Shown here: in pieces, positions 1-10,806 of the stretch | How the letters are laid out: every line of letters begins with the position of its first letter | How positions within the stretch are numbered: position 1 is the stretch's first letter | NCBI GenBank assembly: GCA_038064915.1 | Contig: JBBTSB010000009.1 | Location: 20,773 to 84,772, forward strand | DNA from: Patescibacteria group bacterium | Lineage (GTDB): Bacteria; Patescibacteriota; Minisyncoccia; 2-02-FULL-40-12; IGHO2-01-FULL-4-A | Direction of reading: 5' to 3' | Length of the DNA: 64,000 bases | Notes under the pieces: generated by a model | Seen by the model: only the letters and a program-made list of their open reading frames with translations | Told to the model about the DNA's origin: nothing | The model's database searches: none | Translations under genes and position numbers: made by a program

Positions 1-238
1 ACCTGGAACCATCTCCTTACACATAATCCATCGCTTTCGCGTGGGGTGGACTATCTCATGTCCCTTTTGGGGACTCGGGTATATAGTCTCTACACATTTA
101 CCCCGGCATCAGCCGGAGATTTAGCTCGGGATTGCCCCGAAGGGTTTCCCCGAATTAGCCCGATTTTTCAATCCGCATTACTGCGAAAAGCTGCCTTATA
201 CTCGACAGGGAGCCGCTCTACCATTGAGCTACCGCGGA
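1..238 (-). tRNA. tRNA-Asn(GUU), intron-containing (5' exon 238-205; 3' exon 19-1, truncated by window edge)
   Basis: 5' exon TCCGCGGTAGCTCAATGGTAGAGCGGCTCCCTGT joined to 3' exon TAAGGAGATGGTTCCAGGT gives anticodon arm GCTCC-CT-GTT-AA-GGAGA, then a variable loop and the start of the T stem. Confidence 0.9.
20..204 (-). ncRNA. Group I intron (185 nt, no ORF) at tRNA position 35/36
   Basis: Exon CUGU pairs with intron GCAG (U.G at the 5' splice site); R-like GTAGAGACTA and S-like GAGATAGTCC form P7 (GACTA/TAGTC); intron ends in G. Confidence 0.88.
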
Positions 239-262
239 ATATTTAGTTGTACGATCATTCTA

Positions 263-1453
263 TCAGTACCCCTTGAGTTTTTCAATCTTGTGATGCTGGC
301 GGATTTTTTCGAGAGCTTTGGCTTCGATCTGACGGATGCGTTCGCGCGTGACGCCAAAGACTTTGCCTACTTCTTCGAGGGTGTGGGTTACGCCATCGGC
401 GAGGCCGAAGCGCATTTCGAGAATTTTCTGTTCTCGTCCCGCAAGATCACCGATGATTTCGTTGAGATGGTCCCGAAGGATGCGGCGACCGGCGATTGTC
501 TCGGGAGAGACCGTATCTTCGTCGGCTACAAAATCTGCAAGTACGGAATCACCATCTTCATCCCCCACTGGTGCTTCCAGCGGAACCGTGTCTTGAGAAA
601 TTTTGATGATGTGACGGATCTTGTCCACTTCCACGTTCATTTCCGCCGCGACTTCTTCCGGCAAGGGTTCCCGTCCAAGATCCTGCACCAAACGACGTAC
701 GACTTGCTGGTACTTGTTGATCGTCTCGATCATGTGCACCGGAATGCGGATGGTGCGTGCTTGATCAGCAAGTGCACGCGTAATACCCTGGCGGATCCAC
801 CAGGTTGCGTAGGTGGAAAACTTGAATCCCTTCCGGTAGTCAAATTTGTCTACGGCACGGGACAGTCCAATATTTCCCTCTTGTATCAAATCGAGTAGCG
901 TGAGGTTGGCAGAGCGTCCGACATATTTCTTGGCGATAGAGACAACCAGACGCAGATTTGAAAGCATGAGCCGTTGACGCGCCGTTTCCTCGCCGCGTTC
1001 AATCTTTTTCGCAAGATCAATTTCCTCTTCGCTGGAAAGCAACGGGTACTTGCCGATTTCACGCAGATACATCTGCACGGAATCGGAGCCCGCTTCGATT
1101 TGTTCCAGTTCGAGTTTTTTCTTTTCCTCAAATTCCGTATTCTCGCGCTCTTCGGCAAACACCCGTCCGGTGTCGACAACATTGATATTTGCGGCTTCCA
1201 AACGCTCATAGAGTTTTTCCAAGCCCTCCACGTCTTTTTCCACATGGGGAAATGCATGGAGAATTTCTGACTCTGTAATAAAGCCGCGATGTCGGCCTTT
1301 TTCGATCAAACGCAAAATCGCATCCTCTCCGAGGGCAGATGAACGTTTCTTTTTTACCTGTTTTTTAGAGCTGCCCCGACGTTTTGGTGAATGTCGCGAC
1401 GAGCTGTGCGAGGCGCGTTTTGTCGCCTTGCCTTTCCGCTTCTTTGATTTCAT
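263..1453 (-). CDS. rpoD: RNA polymerase primary sigma factor RpoD/SigA
   Basis: [44 protein letters not shown], region 4 [13 protein letters not shown]. Confidence 0.97.
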   Translation of the reverse strand: MKSKKRKGKATKRASHSSSRHSPKRRGSSKKQVKKKRSSALGEDAILRLIEKGRHRGFITESEILHAFPHVEKDVEGLEKLYERLEAANINVVDTGRVFAEERENTEFEEKKKLELEQIEAGSDSVQMYLREIGKYPLLSSEEEIDLAKKIERGEETARQRLMLSNLRLVVSIAKKYVGRSANLTLLDLIQEGNIGLSRAVDKFDYRKGFKFSTYATWWIRQGITRALADQARTIRIPVHMIETINKYQQVVRRLVQDLGREPLPEEVAAEMNVEVDKIRHIIKISQDTVPLEAPVGDEDGDSVLADFVADEDTVSPETIAGRRILRDHLNEIIGDLAGREQKILEMRFGLADGVTHTLEEVGKVFGVTRERIRQIEAKALEKIRQHHKIEKLKGY

Positions 1454-3020
1454 ATTCGAGATTCTCTAGTTGCGCTACTATTGTACGCTTTTTTAGATGA
1501 TTAAGCAACTTTGCAAATTCAACGTCAAGTTCAGCATCATCAAAATCCTTCCAGTACTCTTCCGCTTTGAGTGCCACAAATTGGGCCTGCATGGGCGTGG
1601 TTTTAGGAAGAAAGGCCTTGTCTGCTTCAGTAAGCTTAGCAACCAGCTCTGGCTTTTTTGAAATGAGACTTAAAAGACTTTCCTGAAAGATATCAAGTTT
1701 GGGCGCATCGTGTAACGTGTAATGTGCAACGTCTTCGTCTGACGCTGTGCGTTGTGAGTTTTGCGGTACATGAGAGAGCTCTGCTCTAACGATCTCATCC
1801 TTTACTTTCATCGCGGTCGCGATTTCCTGAACCCAGTGTGCCTGTTCGATTTTATTTGCCATCGAAGCAACCAAAGGCAATAGCTTTTGTGAGAACAGCT
1901 TCTTTCCCATCCCCGTACTGAGATCGAGTGTTTTGCGTGACGTTTCAAAAAAGTATTCCATGAAGGGCTGTGACTTCTCAGCAAAGTCGGCATTCCCATA
2001 TTTTTGTATATAATCCGCAGGGTCTTTTTCCGAAGTAGTGACTATCCCGACGTTGAATCCACGCGCCAGCGCCAAGTCCACGCCACGTTCGGTCGCCATA
2101 CTTCCGGCGCTATCCGCATCAAAACAAAGATCCAGATTATCCGTGTAGCGCTTGATAATCTGAAGGTGTCCCGACGTCATCGCAGTTCCTGAAGATGCCA
2201 CGGCATGAGTTGCGCCTGCCTGATGCGACATGATGACATCCATGTTGCCCTCCACAATGAGCGCTTTGTTTTTGCGCCGCATATCAAGCTTTGCAAAGTT
2301 CATCCCGTACAAAATTCTGCTTTTGTCGTAAATTGCCGTCTGCGGCACGTTCATATATTTGGGCTCTCCCTCTCCGAAAACACGGCCGGTAAATCCCACT
2401 ACCTGATTGTTCATATCAAAAATCGGGAACATAATCCGCGAGCGAAAACGATCAAAGTATCCTCCCTGTTCTTTTTTTACGAGTAATCCTGCTTCGGCGA
2501 TATGTTTGATATCATAGTCTCGCGCAAGAAAATTTCCCAGTCCATCCCAGGATTCAGGCGCGTAGCCCAGCTTGAATTTCTCTATAGATTCGTCTGTTAA
2601 TCCCCTATTTTTTAAGTACTCCAGGGCTTTTTTGCCCATGGTAGACTCGTGGAGCTGTTTGCCAAAAAACTTCGTGGCAAGATCGGAAATCTCGTAGAGT
2701 TTGTTTTTGGCACTTTGAAATTCGGGATTTGCGCGGAACTGGGAGAGTTCAATGCCCGCGCGTGTCGCCAAAATACGCAACGCCTCGGGAAACTCTACGC
2801 CTTCGATTTGCTTCACAAATCCAAAAATATCTCCGCCAAGACCGCACCCAAAACAGTGCCAGATCTGCCGCTCGGGAGAAACAAAAAATGAGCCTGATTT
2901 CTCGTTGTGAAAGGGACAGCGAGCCTTGTAGTTGATCCCCGATTTCTGGAGCTTCACATAGCTCCCCACTAGGTCAACAATGTCTACTTTGTCTTTGATT
3001 TTTGAAATATTGTCTTCCAT
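1365..3020 (-). CDS. dnaG: DNA primase
   Basis: CHC2 zinc finger CPFHNEK...[27 protein letters not shown] and FDADSAG. Confidence 0.97.
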   Translation of the reverse strand: MEDNISKIKDKVDIVDLVGSYVKLQKSGINYKARCPFHNEKSGSFFVSPERQIWHCFGCGLGGDIFGFVKQIEGVEFPEALRILATRAGIELSQFRANPEFQSAKNKLYEISDLATKFFGKQLHESTMGKKALEYLKNRGLTDESIEKFKLGYAPESWDGLGNFLARDYDIKHIAEAGLLVKKEQGGYFDRFRSRIMFPIFDMNNQVVGFTGRVFGEGEPKYMNVPQTAIYDKSRILYGMNFAKLDMRRKNKALIVEGNMDVIMSHQAGATHAVASSGTAMTSGHLQIIKRYTDNLDLCFDADSAGSMATERGVDLALARGFNVGIVTTSEKDPADYIQKYGNADFAEKSQPFMEYFFETSRKTLDLSTGMGKKLFSQKLLPLVASMANKIEQAHWVQEIATAMKVKDEIVRAELSHVPQNSQRTASDEDVAHYTLHDAPKLDIFQESLLSLISKKPELVAKLTEADKAFLPKTTPMQAQFVALKAEEYWKDFDDAELDVEFAKLLNHLKKRTIVAQLENLEYEIKEAERQGDKTRLAQLVATFTKTSGQL

Positions 3021-3118
3021 CTACCAGTATCCTACTCCTAAAAATGCTCTCTGCAAAGTCGAGCGCCCACGGTGGTCAGCGTGGGACACGCGACTCGCCC
3101 GTGGGCGTGAGGTACTGC

Positions 3119-3520
3119 TTAGCCGAGGAGCCTCCTGTTTCGAATTTCCTGCGAGGCTCTCTCCTCGACTTCTTGTCGTTCGTAGCTTTCGACCAGGGAC
3201 CCGCCCCAAACGCTCAAGGAACGGGCGAAAACAACCTTGTCATCGTCGAGGAAAGTCAGCGGTTGCAAAGTCCTGGGGGTCAATGAAGAAACAAGGACCC
3301 CAGGATGAGATAGGGAAAGCCACTCTTCACAAACTGCAAGGGTGGCTTCGCGCGTAAAGCAGCCTCCCAAGAGGTGCTGGCGCTGGGTTTCCCACTCCCG
3401 ATACATCTTCATGAGGGCGAGTCCCGCCTGCTCCTTACTCCTGAATGCTGGCCGAACCACGCGCCGCCTGGAAATATTGGACCCAGGGTATGCGCGCACG
3501 ATGCAAATCCACTGGGTCAT
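3119..3520 (-). CDS. Orphan hypothetical protein (133 aa)
   Basis: Purine-rich SD-like run GGGAGAGGAG before the ATG; co-oriented between fusA and dnaG; followed by an irregular hairpin at 3064-3107. Confidence 0.6.
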   Translation of the reverse strand: MTQWICIVRAYPGSNISRRRVVRPAFRSKEQAGLALMKMYREWETQRQHLLGGCFTREATLAVCEEWLSLSHPGVLVSSLTPRTLQPLTFLDDDKVVFARSLSVWGGSLVESYERQEVEERASQEIRNRRLLG

Positions 3521-3571
3521 CTTTCTCTCCTCTCCCGCTCCGTGCGGGTTCGTGTGTCAGTTATATCAAAA

Positions 3572-5671
3572 TTACTTCTTTCCTTCAACTATCTGGGTAG
3601 CGACACTCTGAGGAACCTCCTCGTAATACGCGAATTCCATAGTACTCGTCCCGCGGCCTTGGGTCAGCGATCGGAGCGTCGTGGCATAGCCAAACATTTC
3701 CGAAAGCGGGACTTTGGATTTGATGACTTTGAGATTGAGCGGTGAGCGATCAGCCATTTCCTCAATGCGTCCGCGGCGTGAGCTCAAGTCTCCCGTAATT
3801 TCTCCCAAAAAATTGTCCGGCATGATGACTTCCACATTCATGATCGGCTCGAGCAGGATCGGCTTGGCGCGCTTTGCCGCCTCCTGAAATGCCATATTGG
3901 CAGCGATTTTAAATGCGATTTCGGATGAGTCCACGTCGTGGTATGAGCCATCATAAACGGCAACTTTGATGTCCACCATCGGGAACCCAGCCGTGACACC
4001 TTTGTCGAGAGCTTCGATCACGCCTTTTTCTACAGCCGGAATAAACTCACGCGGGATGACACCGCTTTTGATTTCGTCGATAAATTCAAATCCTTTGCCC
4101 TTCTCATTGGGTTCCAGGCGCAGCCACACGTGTCCGTACTGACCACGTCCACCGGATTGCTTGATGTACTTGCCTTCTGCTTGAGCCGTTTGCTTGATGG
4201 TCTCGCGATATGCAACCTGCGGCTTGCCGACATTTGCTTCCACGGTAAACTCCCGACGCATGCGATCGACAAGGACATCGAGGTGAAGCTCGCCCATACC
4301 GGAGATAATCGTTTCCCCCGTCTCAGGATCGCCTTTTATTCTAAAAGTGGGGTCCTCGTCCGAGAGCTTGCGAAGTGCAATACCCATTTTTTCCTGGTCG
4401 GCTTTTGTCTTGGGTTCGATGCGAAGGGAGATAACCGGCTCGGGAACATCGATACCTTCCAAAATCACCGGCGTCTCTACTGCGCACAACGTGTCGCCCG
4501 TCTTAGTGTCTTTCATGCCCACCGTTCCCGCGATGTTGCCAGCGGTGATTTCTTTGATTTCTTCGCGTTGGTTGGCATGCATGCGCAAAATACGACTGAT
4601 GCGCTCCTGGTTGCCGGTACGAGTATTTAACACATAGGAGCCTGAACTCAACTTTCCACTGTAAACGCGAAAATACGTCAGCGAGCCGACATAGGGATCG
4701 GTTGCCGTCTTAAAGGCAAGGGCACGAAACGGTTCCTCTTCAGAAGCATGGACTTCTATTTCCCCACCAGTTTTTTGATCTATGGCTTTGATGGCGGGAA
4801 TATCGGTCGGCGCAGGAAGGTAGTAGGCTACCGCATCGAGTACGAGCTGAACGCCTTTATTCTTGAGAGCGGAACCGCAAAAGACCGGATACATCTTACC
4901 CGCGATGACCGCCTTGCGGGTAATAGCGCGAAGTCGATCAAGGGAAATTTCTTTGGCCTCCAAATATTCGCTCATTGCTTGATCGTCGTTTTCGACGATT
5001 TTTTCTATCAAAACAGCGCGTTCTTTTTTCGCTTCTTCCTGCAAATGTGCGGGGATTTCTTTGCTCTTGATAATTTTTTCACCTTTATCGCCCTCAAATG
5101 TCACGTATTCCATCGTGAGCAAATCCACAATTCCTTTGAACTGGTCTTCGTGACCGTCGGGTAGTTGAAATTTCACACCGTTCGGGCTCAAACGCGTGAG
5201 GATGGATTGGTATGATCGCTCAAAGCTTGCGCCCAAGCGATCGAGTTTATTGATAAAACAAAGTCGCGGCACGTTGTAGTCGTCAGCATAGCGCCAGTTG
5301 GTTTCCGACTGCGGCTCCACGCCAGCGACGCCGTCAAATACTACGACGGCTCCATCCAATACTCTCAATGATCTTTTCACTTCAATAGTGAAGTCGATGT
5401 GTCCGGGTGTGTCGATAATATTCAGTCTTACCTTTTCTCCTCCGGATGTTGGAGCCCAATACGCAGTCGTAGCGGCAGCCGTGATAGTGATGCCACGTTC
5501 ACGCTCCTGCTCCATCCAGTCCATGACGGTGTCCCCCTCGTGCACTTCACCGATTTTGTGTGACATGCCGGTATAAAAAAGCACCCGCTCGGTGGTGGTG
5601 GTCTTACCGGCATCAATGTGCGCGATGATCCCGATGTTTCGTATTTTTTCTAAAGGATAAATTTCTTCCAT
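3572..5671 (-). CDS. fusA: Elongation factor G
   Basis: [26 protein letters not shown]; 699 aa; follows rpsG. Confidence 0.98.
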   Translation of the reverse strand: MEEIYPLEKIRNIGIIAHIDAGKTTTTERVLFYTGMSHKIGEVHEGDTVMDWMEQERERGITITAAATTAYWAPTSGGEKVRLNIIDTPGHIDFTIEVKRSLRVLDGAVVVFDGVAGVEPQSETNWRYADDYNVPRLCFINKLDRLGASFERSYQSILTRLSPNGVKFQLPDGHEDQFKGIVDLLTMEYVTFEGDKGEKIIKSKEIPAHLQEEAKKERAVLIEKIVENDDQAMSEYLEAKEISLDRLRAITRKAVIAGKMYPVFCGSALKNKGVQLVLDAVAYYLPAPTDIPAIKAIDQKTGGEIEVHASEEEPFRALAFKTATDPYVGSLTYFRVYSGKLSSGSYVLNTRTGNQERISRILRMHANQREEIKEITAGNIAGTVGMKDTKTGDTLCAVETPVILEGIDVPEPVISLRIEPKTKADQEKMGIALRKLSDEDPTFRIKGDPETGETIISGMGELHLDVLVDRMRREFTVEANVGKPQVAYRETIKQTAQAEGKYIKQSGGRGQYGHVWLRLEPNEKGKGFEFIDEIKSGVIPREFIPAVEKGVIEALDKGVTAGFPMVDIKVAVYDGSYHDVDSSEIAFKIAANMAFQEAAKRAKPILLEPIMNVEVIMPDNFLGEITGDLSSRRGRIEEMADRSPLNLKVIKSKVPLSEMFGYATTLRSLTQGRGTSTMEFAYYEEVPQSVATQIVEGKK

Positions 5672-6139
5672 TTACCAAGCAAAGTGTGCAAACGCTTTGT
5701 TTGCATCAGCCATACGATGAGTGTCTAATTTCTTTTTGACGGCATTCCCCGTGTTGTTGACGGCGTTGATCAGTTCCTCGGCAAGCTTTTGCTGCATGGG
5801 TTTTCCTTTCACACCGCGAGCGGAAGTGATGATCCAGCGTACAGCTAAGGTCATGCGACGTTCAGGAGTGACTTCGTAGGGAACCTGGTAGTTGGCCCCA
5901 CCTATACGACGGCTCCGGAGTTCCACCTTGGGACCGGCGTTTTCCATGGCGGCATCAAGCACCTCAAGGGCAGGTTTTTTGAGCTGGTCCGCTGCTTGCT
6001 TGAGGGCACCGTAGACGATACGCTCGGCAACGGTCTTCTTGCCCGCATACATCATCTTATTGATCAACTGCGCAACCAATACCGAGCTATACGTAGCATC
6101 GGGTTCGGCAACCTTTCTTTTGGTAACTTTACGTCTCAT
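5672..6139 (-). CDS. rpsG: 30S ribosomal protein S7
   Basis: RRIGGANYQVP, HRMADANKAFAH. Confidence 0.97.
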   Translation of the reverse strand: MRRKVTKRKVAEPDATYSSVLVAQLINKMMYAGKKTVAERIVYGALKQAADQLKKPALEVLDAAMENAGPKVELRSRRIGGANYQVPYEVTPERRMTLAVRWIITSARGVKGKPMQQKLAEELINAVNNTGNAVKKKLDTHRMADANKAFAHFAW

Positions 6140-6141
6140 GG

Positions 6142-6549
6142 TTATTTGTTTTTCGCTCCGTATTTTGAGCGGCCTTGTTTACGTTTGTCTACCCCCGTAG
6201 CATCAAGACGGCCACGGACGATGTGGTACTGGACGCCTGGCAAGTCTTTGACGCGTCCGCCACGCACCATCACCACGGAGTGCTCTTGGAGATTGTGCCC
6301 TTCGCCGGGAATGTATGCCGTGATTTCCATGCCATTGGTGAGTCGTACACGTGCCACTTTGCGCAAGGCAGAGTTTGGCTTCTTGGGGGTCATGGTTTTG
6401 ACAAGCAAACACACTCCGCGCTTGTAGGGCGACCAGTGATTGACGGGACGATTTTGAATAGTATTAAAACTGTACGACAAAGCTGGCGACTTGGTTTTTG
6501 TCGCACGACTTGAACGAGGCTGCTTGAGCAGTTGTCTAAAGGTTGGCAT
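6142..6549 (-). CDS. rpsL: 30S ribosomal protein S12
   Basis: [31 protein letters not shown]. Confidence 0.98.
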   Translation of the reverse strand: MPTFRQLLKQPRSSRATKTKSPALSYSFNTIQNRPVNHWSPYKRGVCLLVKTMTPKKPNSALRKVARVRLTNGMEITAYIPGEGHNLQEHSVVMVRGGRVKDLPGVQYHIVRGRLDATGVDKRKQGRSKYGAKNK

Positions 6550-7154
6550 TACCTTCCTACTATAACTCTAAAAAGAAAATCAATCAAGGGCATGAGAAAT
6601 TTTGAGAGAAACAAGACGAAAAATATGAAAATAAAGATGCCGTAGCGCACGAGGAAGTATTTTACCTCCACCCATCGTTCGGGAAGGAACGTGAGCAAAA
6701 GCCAGTGACCATCAAGAGGTTGGATGGGCACCAAATTGAACACCGCCAGCAATAAATTTATCTGAACAACAAAATCCAAAAAATCCCTGGCGACCGGATT
6801 GCCGGCAATACCGGGAGCAAAACGCAATACCATGCCGAATAGTACAGCAAGGAGAATATTCGAAAGCGGGCCGGCAATGGCTACTTTTGCGGGACCGTAT
6901 TTCTGATCGTTGAGATTGAGGGGGTTATATGGAACGGGTTTTGCATAGCCGAACACAAAGGTGCCCAGGCTGGCTACCAAGGTCATGAGGGGCAAGAGTA
7001 ACGATCCAAACAGATCGAGATGCTTGATGGGATTTAGGGTAAGGCGACCGGCATATTTTGCCGTTTGATCCCCCATACTTTGCGCCATCAATCCATGGGA
7101 AATTTCGTGTAAGATAACGGAATACAAAAAAGCTACGATCTTGAGGATAACCAT
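6549..7154 (-). CDS. Site-2 protease (M50) family membrane metalloprotease
   Basis: HEISH zinc motif, [10 protein letters not shown], several TM segments; start set at ATG 7154. Confidence 0.9.
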   Translation of the reverse strand: MVILKIVAFLYSVILHEISHGLMAQSMGDQTAKYAGRLTLNPIKHLDLFGSLLLPLMTLVASLGTFVFGYAKPVPYNPLNLNDQKYGPAKVAIAGPLSNILLAVLFGMVLRFAPGIAGNPVARDFLDFVVQINLLLAVFNLVPIQPLDGHWLLLTFLPERWVEVKYFLVRYGIFIFIFFVLFLSKFLMPLIDFLFRVIVGR

Positions 7155-7197
7155 AGTCCTTGTAAAATACCACAAGATACCCTATAATGCCACCACT

Positions 7198-7383
7198 ATG
7201 GCAACACGATGTCCGCGATGCGGCAAAAAACCCATGATGGCTACCAAACGCAAGCTCTTGCGCGGCCACTATAACCCTGTCAATCGATATCGAAAATATC
7301 CGAATTTGCAGTGGGCGCTGGTCGCCGGCAAACGCACCATGATCTGCACAAGTTGTATCAAAACACTAGCAAAAACTGTCTAA
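7198..7383 (+). CDS. rpmB: 50S ribosomal protein L28 (zinc-binding form)
   Basis: CPRCGK...RGHYNP...PNLQW...CTSCIK; TATAAT at 7183-7188. Confidence 0.88.
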   Translation: MATRCPRCGKKPMMATKRKLLRGHYNPVNRYRKYPNLQWALVAGKRTMICTSCIKTLAKTV

Positions 7384-7391
7384 AGCGAAGG

Positions 7392-7462
7392 CGGGCCGTC
7401 GTATAATGGTAGTACGCGAGGCTGGGGGTCTTGCAGCGGGAGTCCGATTCTCCCCGGCCCGA
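7392..7462 (+). tRNA. tRNA-Pro(GGG)
   Basis: Acceptor CGGGCCG/CGGCCCG; anticodon arm CGAGG-CT-GGG-GG-TCTTG; T arm GGGAG-TCCGATT-CTCCC; no encoded CCA. Confidence 0.85.
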
Positions 7463-7466
7463 CAAA

Positions 7467-8462
7467 TTAGAACCCTACAAGTTCCGGTTCGTTTTCAAGC
7501 ATGATGCCGGTTTTTTGGTAGACAATGTCGCGTGCTTTTTTGAAAAGAGTCAGCACGTCATCGGCGGTGGCGTTGTTGAAATTGATGATATTGATCACTT
7601 GGAGTTCTGAAAGTTTTGCACCGCCTACGGTCAAACCTTTGAGATCGCAAACTTTGTCGAGAAGATAACCGGCGGGGACTTTAACCCCCTCTGTTTCCCC
7701 CTTACCATAAGGGGGAAGGGGGGTTCGAAATCCAGGAGCACCAGCAGGAAGCTTCGCGTACTGCTCTTCCGTAATAATCGGATTCTTGAAAAAACTTCCC
7801 GCGCTCCAGTATTCGCTTGGATCCTGGCCTTTTGATTTACGAATCGCAATCACCTGATCGCGCATTTCTTGCAACGTACCCGGTTTCAATCCATATGTGG
7901 TATTCGGTTCCCCATTTTTTGAAAGCTTGAGCGTAAGTCCCAAAACCACATATCTGCCTTTTTGAACATTAAAAATACTCTTCCGGTATCCAAATTTGCA
8001 TTCGTCATTGGAAATTGAAAATTGAGAATTGGAAATTGTGTCATAAACGTCTACTGACGTTATGACACTGCGTGCCTCCTGGCCGTACGCACCCACATTC
8101 TGTATTGCCAATCCTGCCACATCGCCAGGTACAAACGACAAATTCTCCGTTCCCCATAGCCCGGCGTCGACTATTCTCTGTGCGCACTCATCCCAGTTTT
8201 CTCCGGCCGCGATGCTCACCGTCTCACCGTCAATCGCAAAGCCTTTGAGCTTTGGATGGATCACCAGCCCATCAAAGCCTTTATCGCTGACAAGCATATT
8301 CGATCCCCCGCCCAAAATTAATACGGGAAGGTTTTTTTCTTGAGCAAAAGAAACTGCTTCTCGCAGTTCCTCTATGTTTTCTATTTCAGTATAAAAAGCT
8401 GCCGGGCCTCCGATGTGAAACGTCGTGAGTTCAAAAAAGGAGACCTTCGTCGATACGTGCAT
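7467..8462 (-). CDS. murB: UDP-N-acetylmuramate dehydrogenase
   Basis: LGGGSNML, QNVGAYG, FGYRKS, SAGSFFKNP, LENEP; start at 8462 or 8468. Confidence 0.93.
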   Translation of the reverse strand: MHVSTKVSFFELTTFHIGGPAAFYTEIENIEELREAVSFAQEKNLPVLILGGGSNMLVSDKGFDGLVIHPKLKGFAIDGETVSIAAGENWDECAQRIVDAGLWGTENLSFVPGDVAGLAIQNVGAYGQEARSVITSVDVYDTISNSQFSISNDECKFGYRKSIFNVQKGRYVVLGLTLKLSKNGEPNTTYGLKPGTLQEMRDQVIAIRKSKGQDPSEYWSAGSFFKNPIITEEQYAKLPAGAPGFRTPLPPYGKGETEGVKVPAGYLLDKVCDLKGLTVGGAKLSELQVINIINFNNATADDVLTLFKKARDIVYQKTGIMLENEPELVGF

Positions 8463-9036
8463 AGTCATGCAATTCCTTTGCAGTAAACCAGTGTTTGATT
8501 TCGCGACTCGCTTCGGCAACATCACCGGAGGCGTGGACGAGGTTGCGGATCGTGCGCTTTGCGGCATTTGCCATCAGGGGTGAGTCGCTGGAGTAATCGC
8601 CGCGGAGTGTGCCCATTTCAGCGTTTGCGGGAATCGTGGCACCCACGATCTTGCGTCCCATCTCCACCGCGTGAAGGCCCTGAAACACCATAGCTACCAC
8701 GGGGCCAGATGAGAGAAAATCCACATTCCAATCATTGATGATTTCGCCAATTTTCATGGGGTCGGACGATCCCATTTGCTTGACCGGATCGATACCGTGC
8801 TTTTTAAAATTTTCGAGGGTTTTATTTCCCATGCCCTCGAGCTGTTGTTTCGTAGGAAGGTAGTGTTTATGGACGTGATCCCGTGAAGGCTGGGTCATTT
8901 TTAAAGCAACTACTTTGAAGCCTTTTGTCTCAAAACGACGGATAATCTCTCCCACTAACCCGCGCTGAAGAGCATCGGGTTTGGCGAGGATAAGGGTTAA
9001 TTCTTTTCTTGGATCAGTGTTCTGTTTTGATGGCAT
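8431..9036 (-). CDS. ndk: Nucleoside diphosphate kinase
   Basis: KPDALQRGLVGEII, GTLRGDY, RNLVHASG (catalytic His). Confidence 0.95.
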   Translation of the reverse strand: MPSKQNTDPRKELTLILAKPDALQRGLVGEIIRRFETKGFKVVALKMTQPSRDHVHKHYLPTKQQLEGMGNKTLENFKKHGIDPVKQMGSSDPMKIGEIINDWNVDFLSSGPVVAMVFQGLHAVEMGRKIVGATIPANAEMGTLRGDYSSDSPLMANAAKRTIRNLVHASGDVAEASREIKHWFTAKELHDYARIDEGLLF

Positions 9037-9883
9037 ATTGCAAACCATCGAGGGTCAGCTCGATTCGTCCATTGATATCATTCCTATAATACCGCAATCC
9101 TGGTATTTTATCAAGCCGTTCTATAACTTGAGAAGTTGGGTGCCCATAGCTATTGCGCGCTCCGACTTGGATAAATGCAGCAATTGGGCTTGTCGCATCC
9201 AGAAATGCCTGGCTGGTAGATGTCTTTGAGCCATGATGTGCAACTTTCAAAAAATCAATGTCAACGTTGTGATAATCCATAAGTATACGATCTTCAACAG
9301 TTTTTTCAACATCTGACATAAACAAAACCGTTTGCTGTTTATACGACATCCTCATGACGATGCCGCCGTTGTTTGTTTTGGAAAGTTTTTGTCCTCGGAC
9401 TTGTTCTGCGGGATTGAGTACCTCAAAAACAAGATCGTCCCCAATGGACATGCGATAGCCCCGATCTACGAAGGTCTGTGGAGCTCCCTCAAGACTTGCC
9501 GTCTGCTCCCATTGTCCACAGATCGCAGTAACACACAACATGCCAGTCTCGAGAACTTGAGAAACTTCATACTGTTTGAGCACTTCGACAAGCCCCGTAA
9601 GATGATCTGCGTCCGTGTGCGTAGAAACGACAACATCAATCGTACGATCCGTGACAGGTAGCACGGCCGCAAGTTCCTGAATCACGCGCGAGCCTGGTCC
9701 CCCATCAATCAAGATTTGCGTTCCTTCTGGTGCTTGAATCAGTATGGCATCGCCCTGACCAATGTTCAGAAAATAGACGTGCAAAAGCCCGTCGGCATAT
9801 GCCGGACCACGCACGATAAAAAAACTGCCGATAGCACCTAGTACTAGTACACAACATATGTACCATTCCGTTTTTCGAGACAT
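9014..9883 (-). CDS. ComEC C-terminal-like metallo-beta-lactamase fold protein
   Basis: IGQGDA, IDGG, THTDADHLTG, KVAHHGSKTS, NSYGHP; N-terminal TM. Confidence 0.9.
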   Translation of the reverse strand: MSRKTEWYICCVLVLGAIGSFFIVRGPAYADGLLHVYFLNIGQGDAILIQAPEGTQILIDGGPGSRVIQELAAVLPVTDRTIDVVVSTHTDADHLTGLVEVLKQYEVSQVLETGMLCVTAICGQWEQTASLEGAPQTFVDRGYRMSIGDDLVFEVLNPAEQVRGQKLSKTNNGGIVMRMSYKQQTVLFMSDVEKTVEDRILMDYHNVDIDFLKVAHHGSKTSTSQAFLDATSPIAAFIQVGARNSYGHPTSQVIERLDKIPGLRYYRNDINGRIELTLDGLQYAIKTEH

Positions 9884-10806
9884 TATAGACTAATACTAGC
9901 CCAGGGAATGCTCGCAAACCAGTGGACAACAAGGAGAATCATCTTTCCCAAGGTCCACGCAAGAAATCCAACCACAGGACCAATCAGGGGAATCCAGCTT
10001 GTCATTCCTGCAGCAAACCCAAGCAACATGAGCGCAGGTATGAGTGGCAAGATAAGAATGTTAGCCGGCAAGGAAATAAGAGAAATGGTATGAAAGTAGT
10101 AGATGATGAGGGGAAGTACAAAAAGCTGTGCTGAAATCGTCACGGCAACCACCTCTGGAAACTTTGTTTGTAGTCTCGGTGCTAGCGTGAGAATGCCAAG
10201 CGTCGCAAGCACAGAAAGCTGAAATCCAATATCAAATCGCAAGATTAAAGGATCAAACCCCACCATGATCGCCGCGGCAATCACGAGTGCATGCATGGGA
10301 GTTGGCACACGTCCCATATGCTGTGCAAAAAGGGCAAATAGTCCCATAATGGCCGCCCGGATGACCGATGCCTGAAGCCCGGTAAGAATCGTAAACACAA
10401 GGAGAATTCCAAGCACCGCCCAAAAAGCTCGACGCCGAGATATAAGTGATGCAAGCATATTCATCAATATCACTGAAATGATACTGATGTTGTAGCCGGA
10501 AATCGCCATGATATGGGAAAGTCCGGTACGTCGAAAATCCTCCACGATGTCTTTTGGGAGCTGGGACCGAGCACCCACCAAAACACCCCCGATCAAGGCA
10601 CTTACCGGCTGGGGAACGGTGCGATTCACCGAAACCAAAAACCAATCACGCACGGCGTAGACAGAACGATACCGCTGTTCACGAACAACGCGGGCTTCGT
10701 CTCGATGCTGGATAAACTCCTCACGCGTTGCATGCCGCGTAAACAATGCAACACCCACCAAGAACGTCAGAGCACACCAAAAGAGAATACGAGAAGGGTG
10801 TGTCAA
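9883..10806 (-). CDS. comEC: ComEC/Rec2 competence (channel) domain protein
   Basis: GLSHIMAISGYN, SVIRAAIM, DIGFQLS, multiple TM helices. Confidence 0.88.
   Translation of the reverse strand: MTHPSRILFWCALTFLVGVALFTRHATREEFIQHRDEARVVREQRYRSVYAVRDWFLVSVNRTVPQPVSALIGGVLVGARSQLPKDIVEDFRRTGLSHIMAISGYNISIISVILMNMLASLISRRRAFWAVLGILLVFTILTGLQASVIRAAIMGLFALFAQHMGRVPTPMHALVIAAAIMVGFDPLILRFDIGFQLSVLATLGILTLAPRLQTKFPEVVAVTISAQLFVLPLIIYYFHTISLISLPANILILPLIPALMLLGFAAGMTSWIPLIGPVVGFLAWTLGKMILLVVHWFASIPWASISL

Noticed and set aside
204-238. tRNA-Asp(GUC) reading
   Set aside because: The C belongs to the intron; the anticodon stem only closes after splicing, which gives GUU (Asn)
46-898. + strand ORFs 46-246 and 224-898, and similar long antisense ORFs throughout the window
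   Set aside because: Shadows of the tRNA intron, rpoD and other confidently identified genes on the opposite strand
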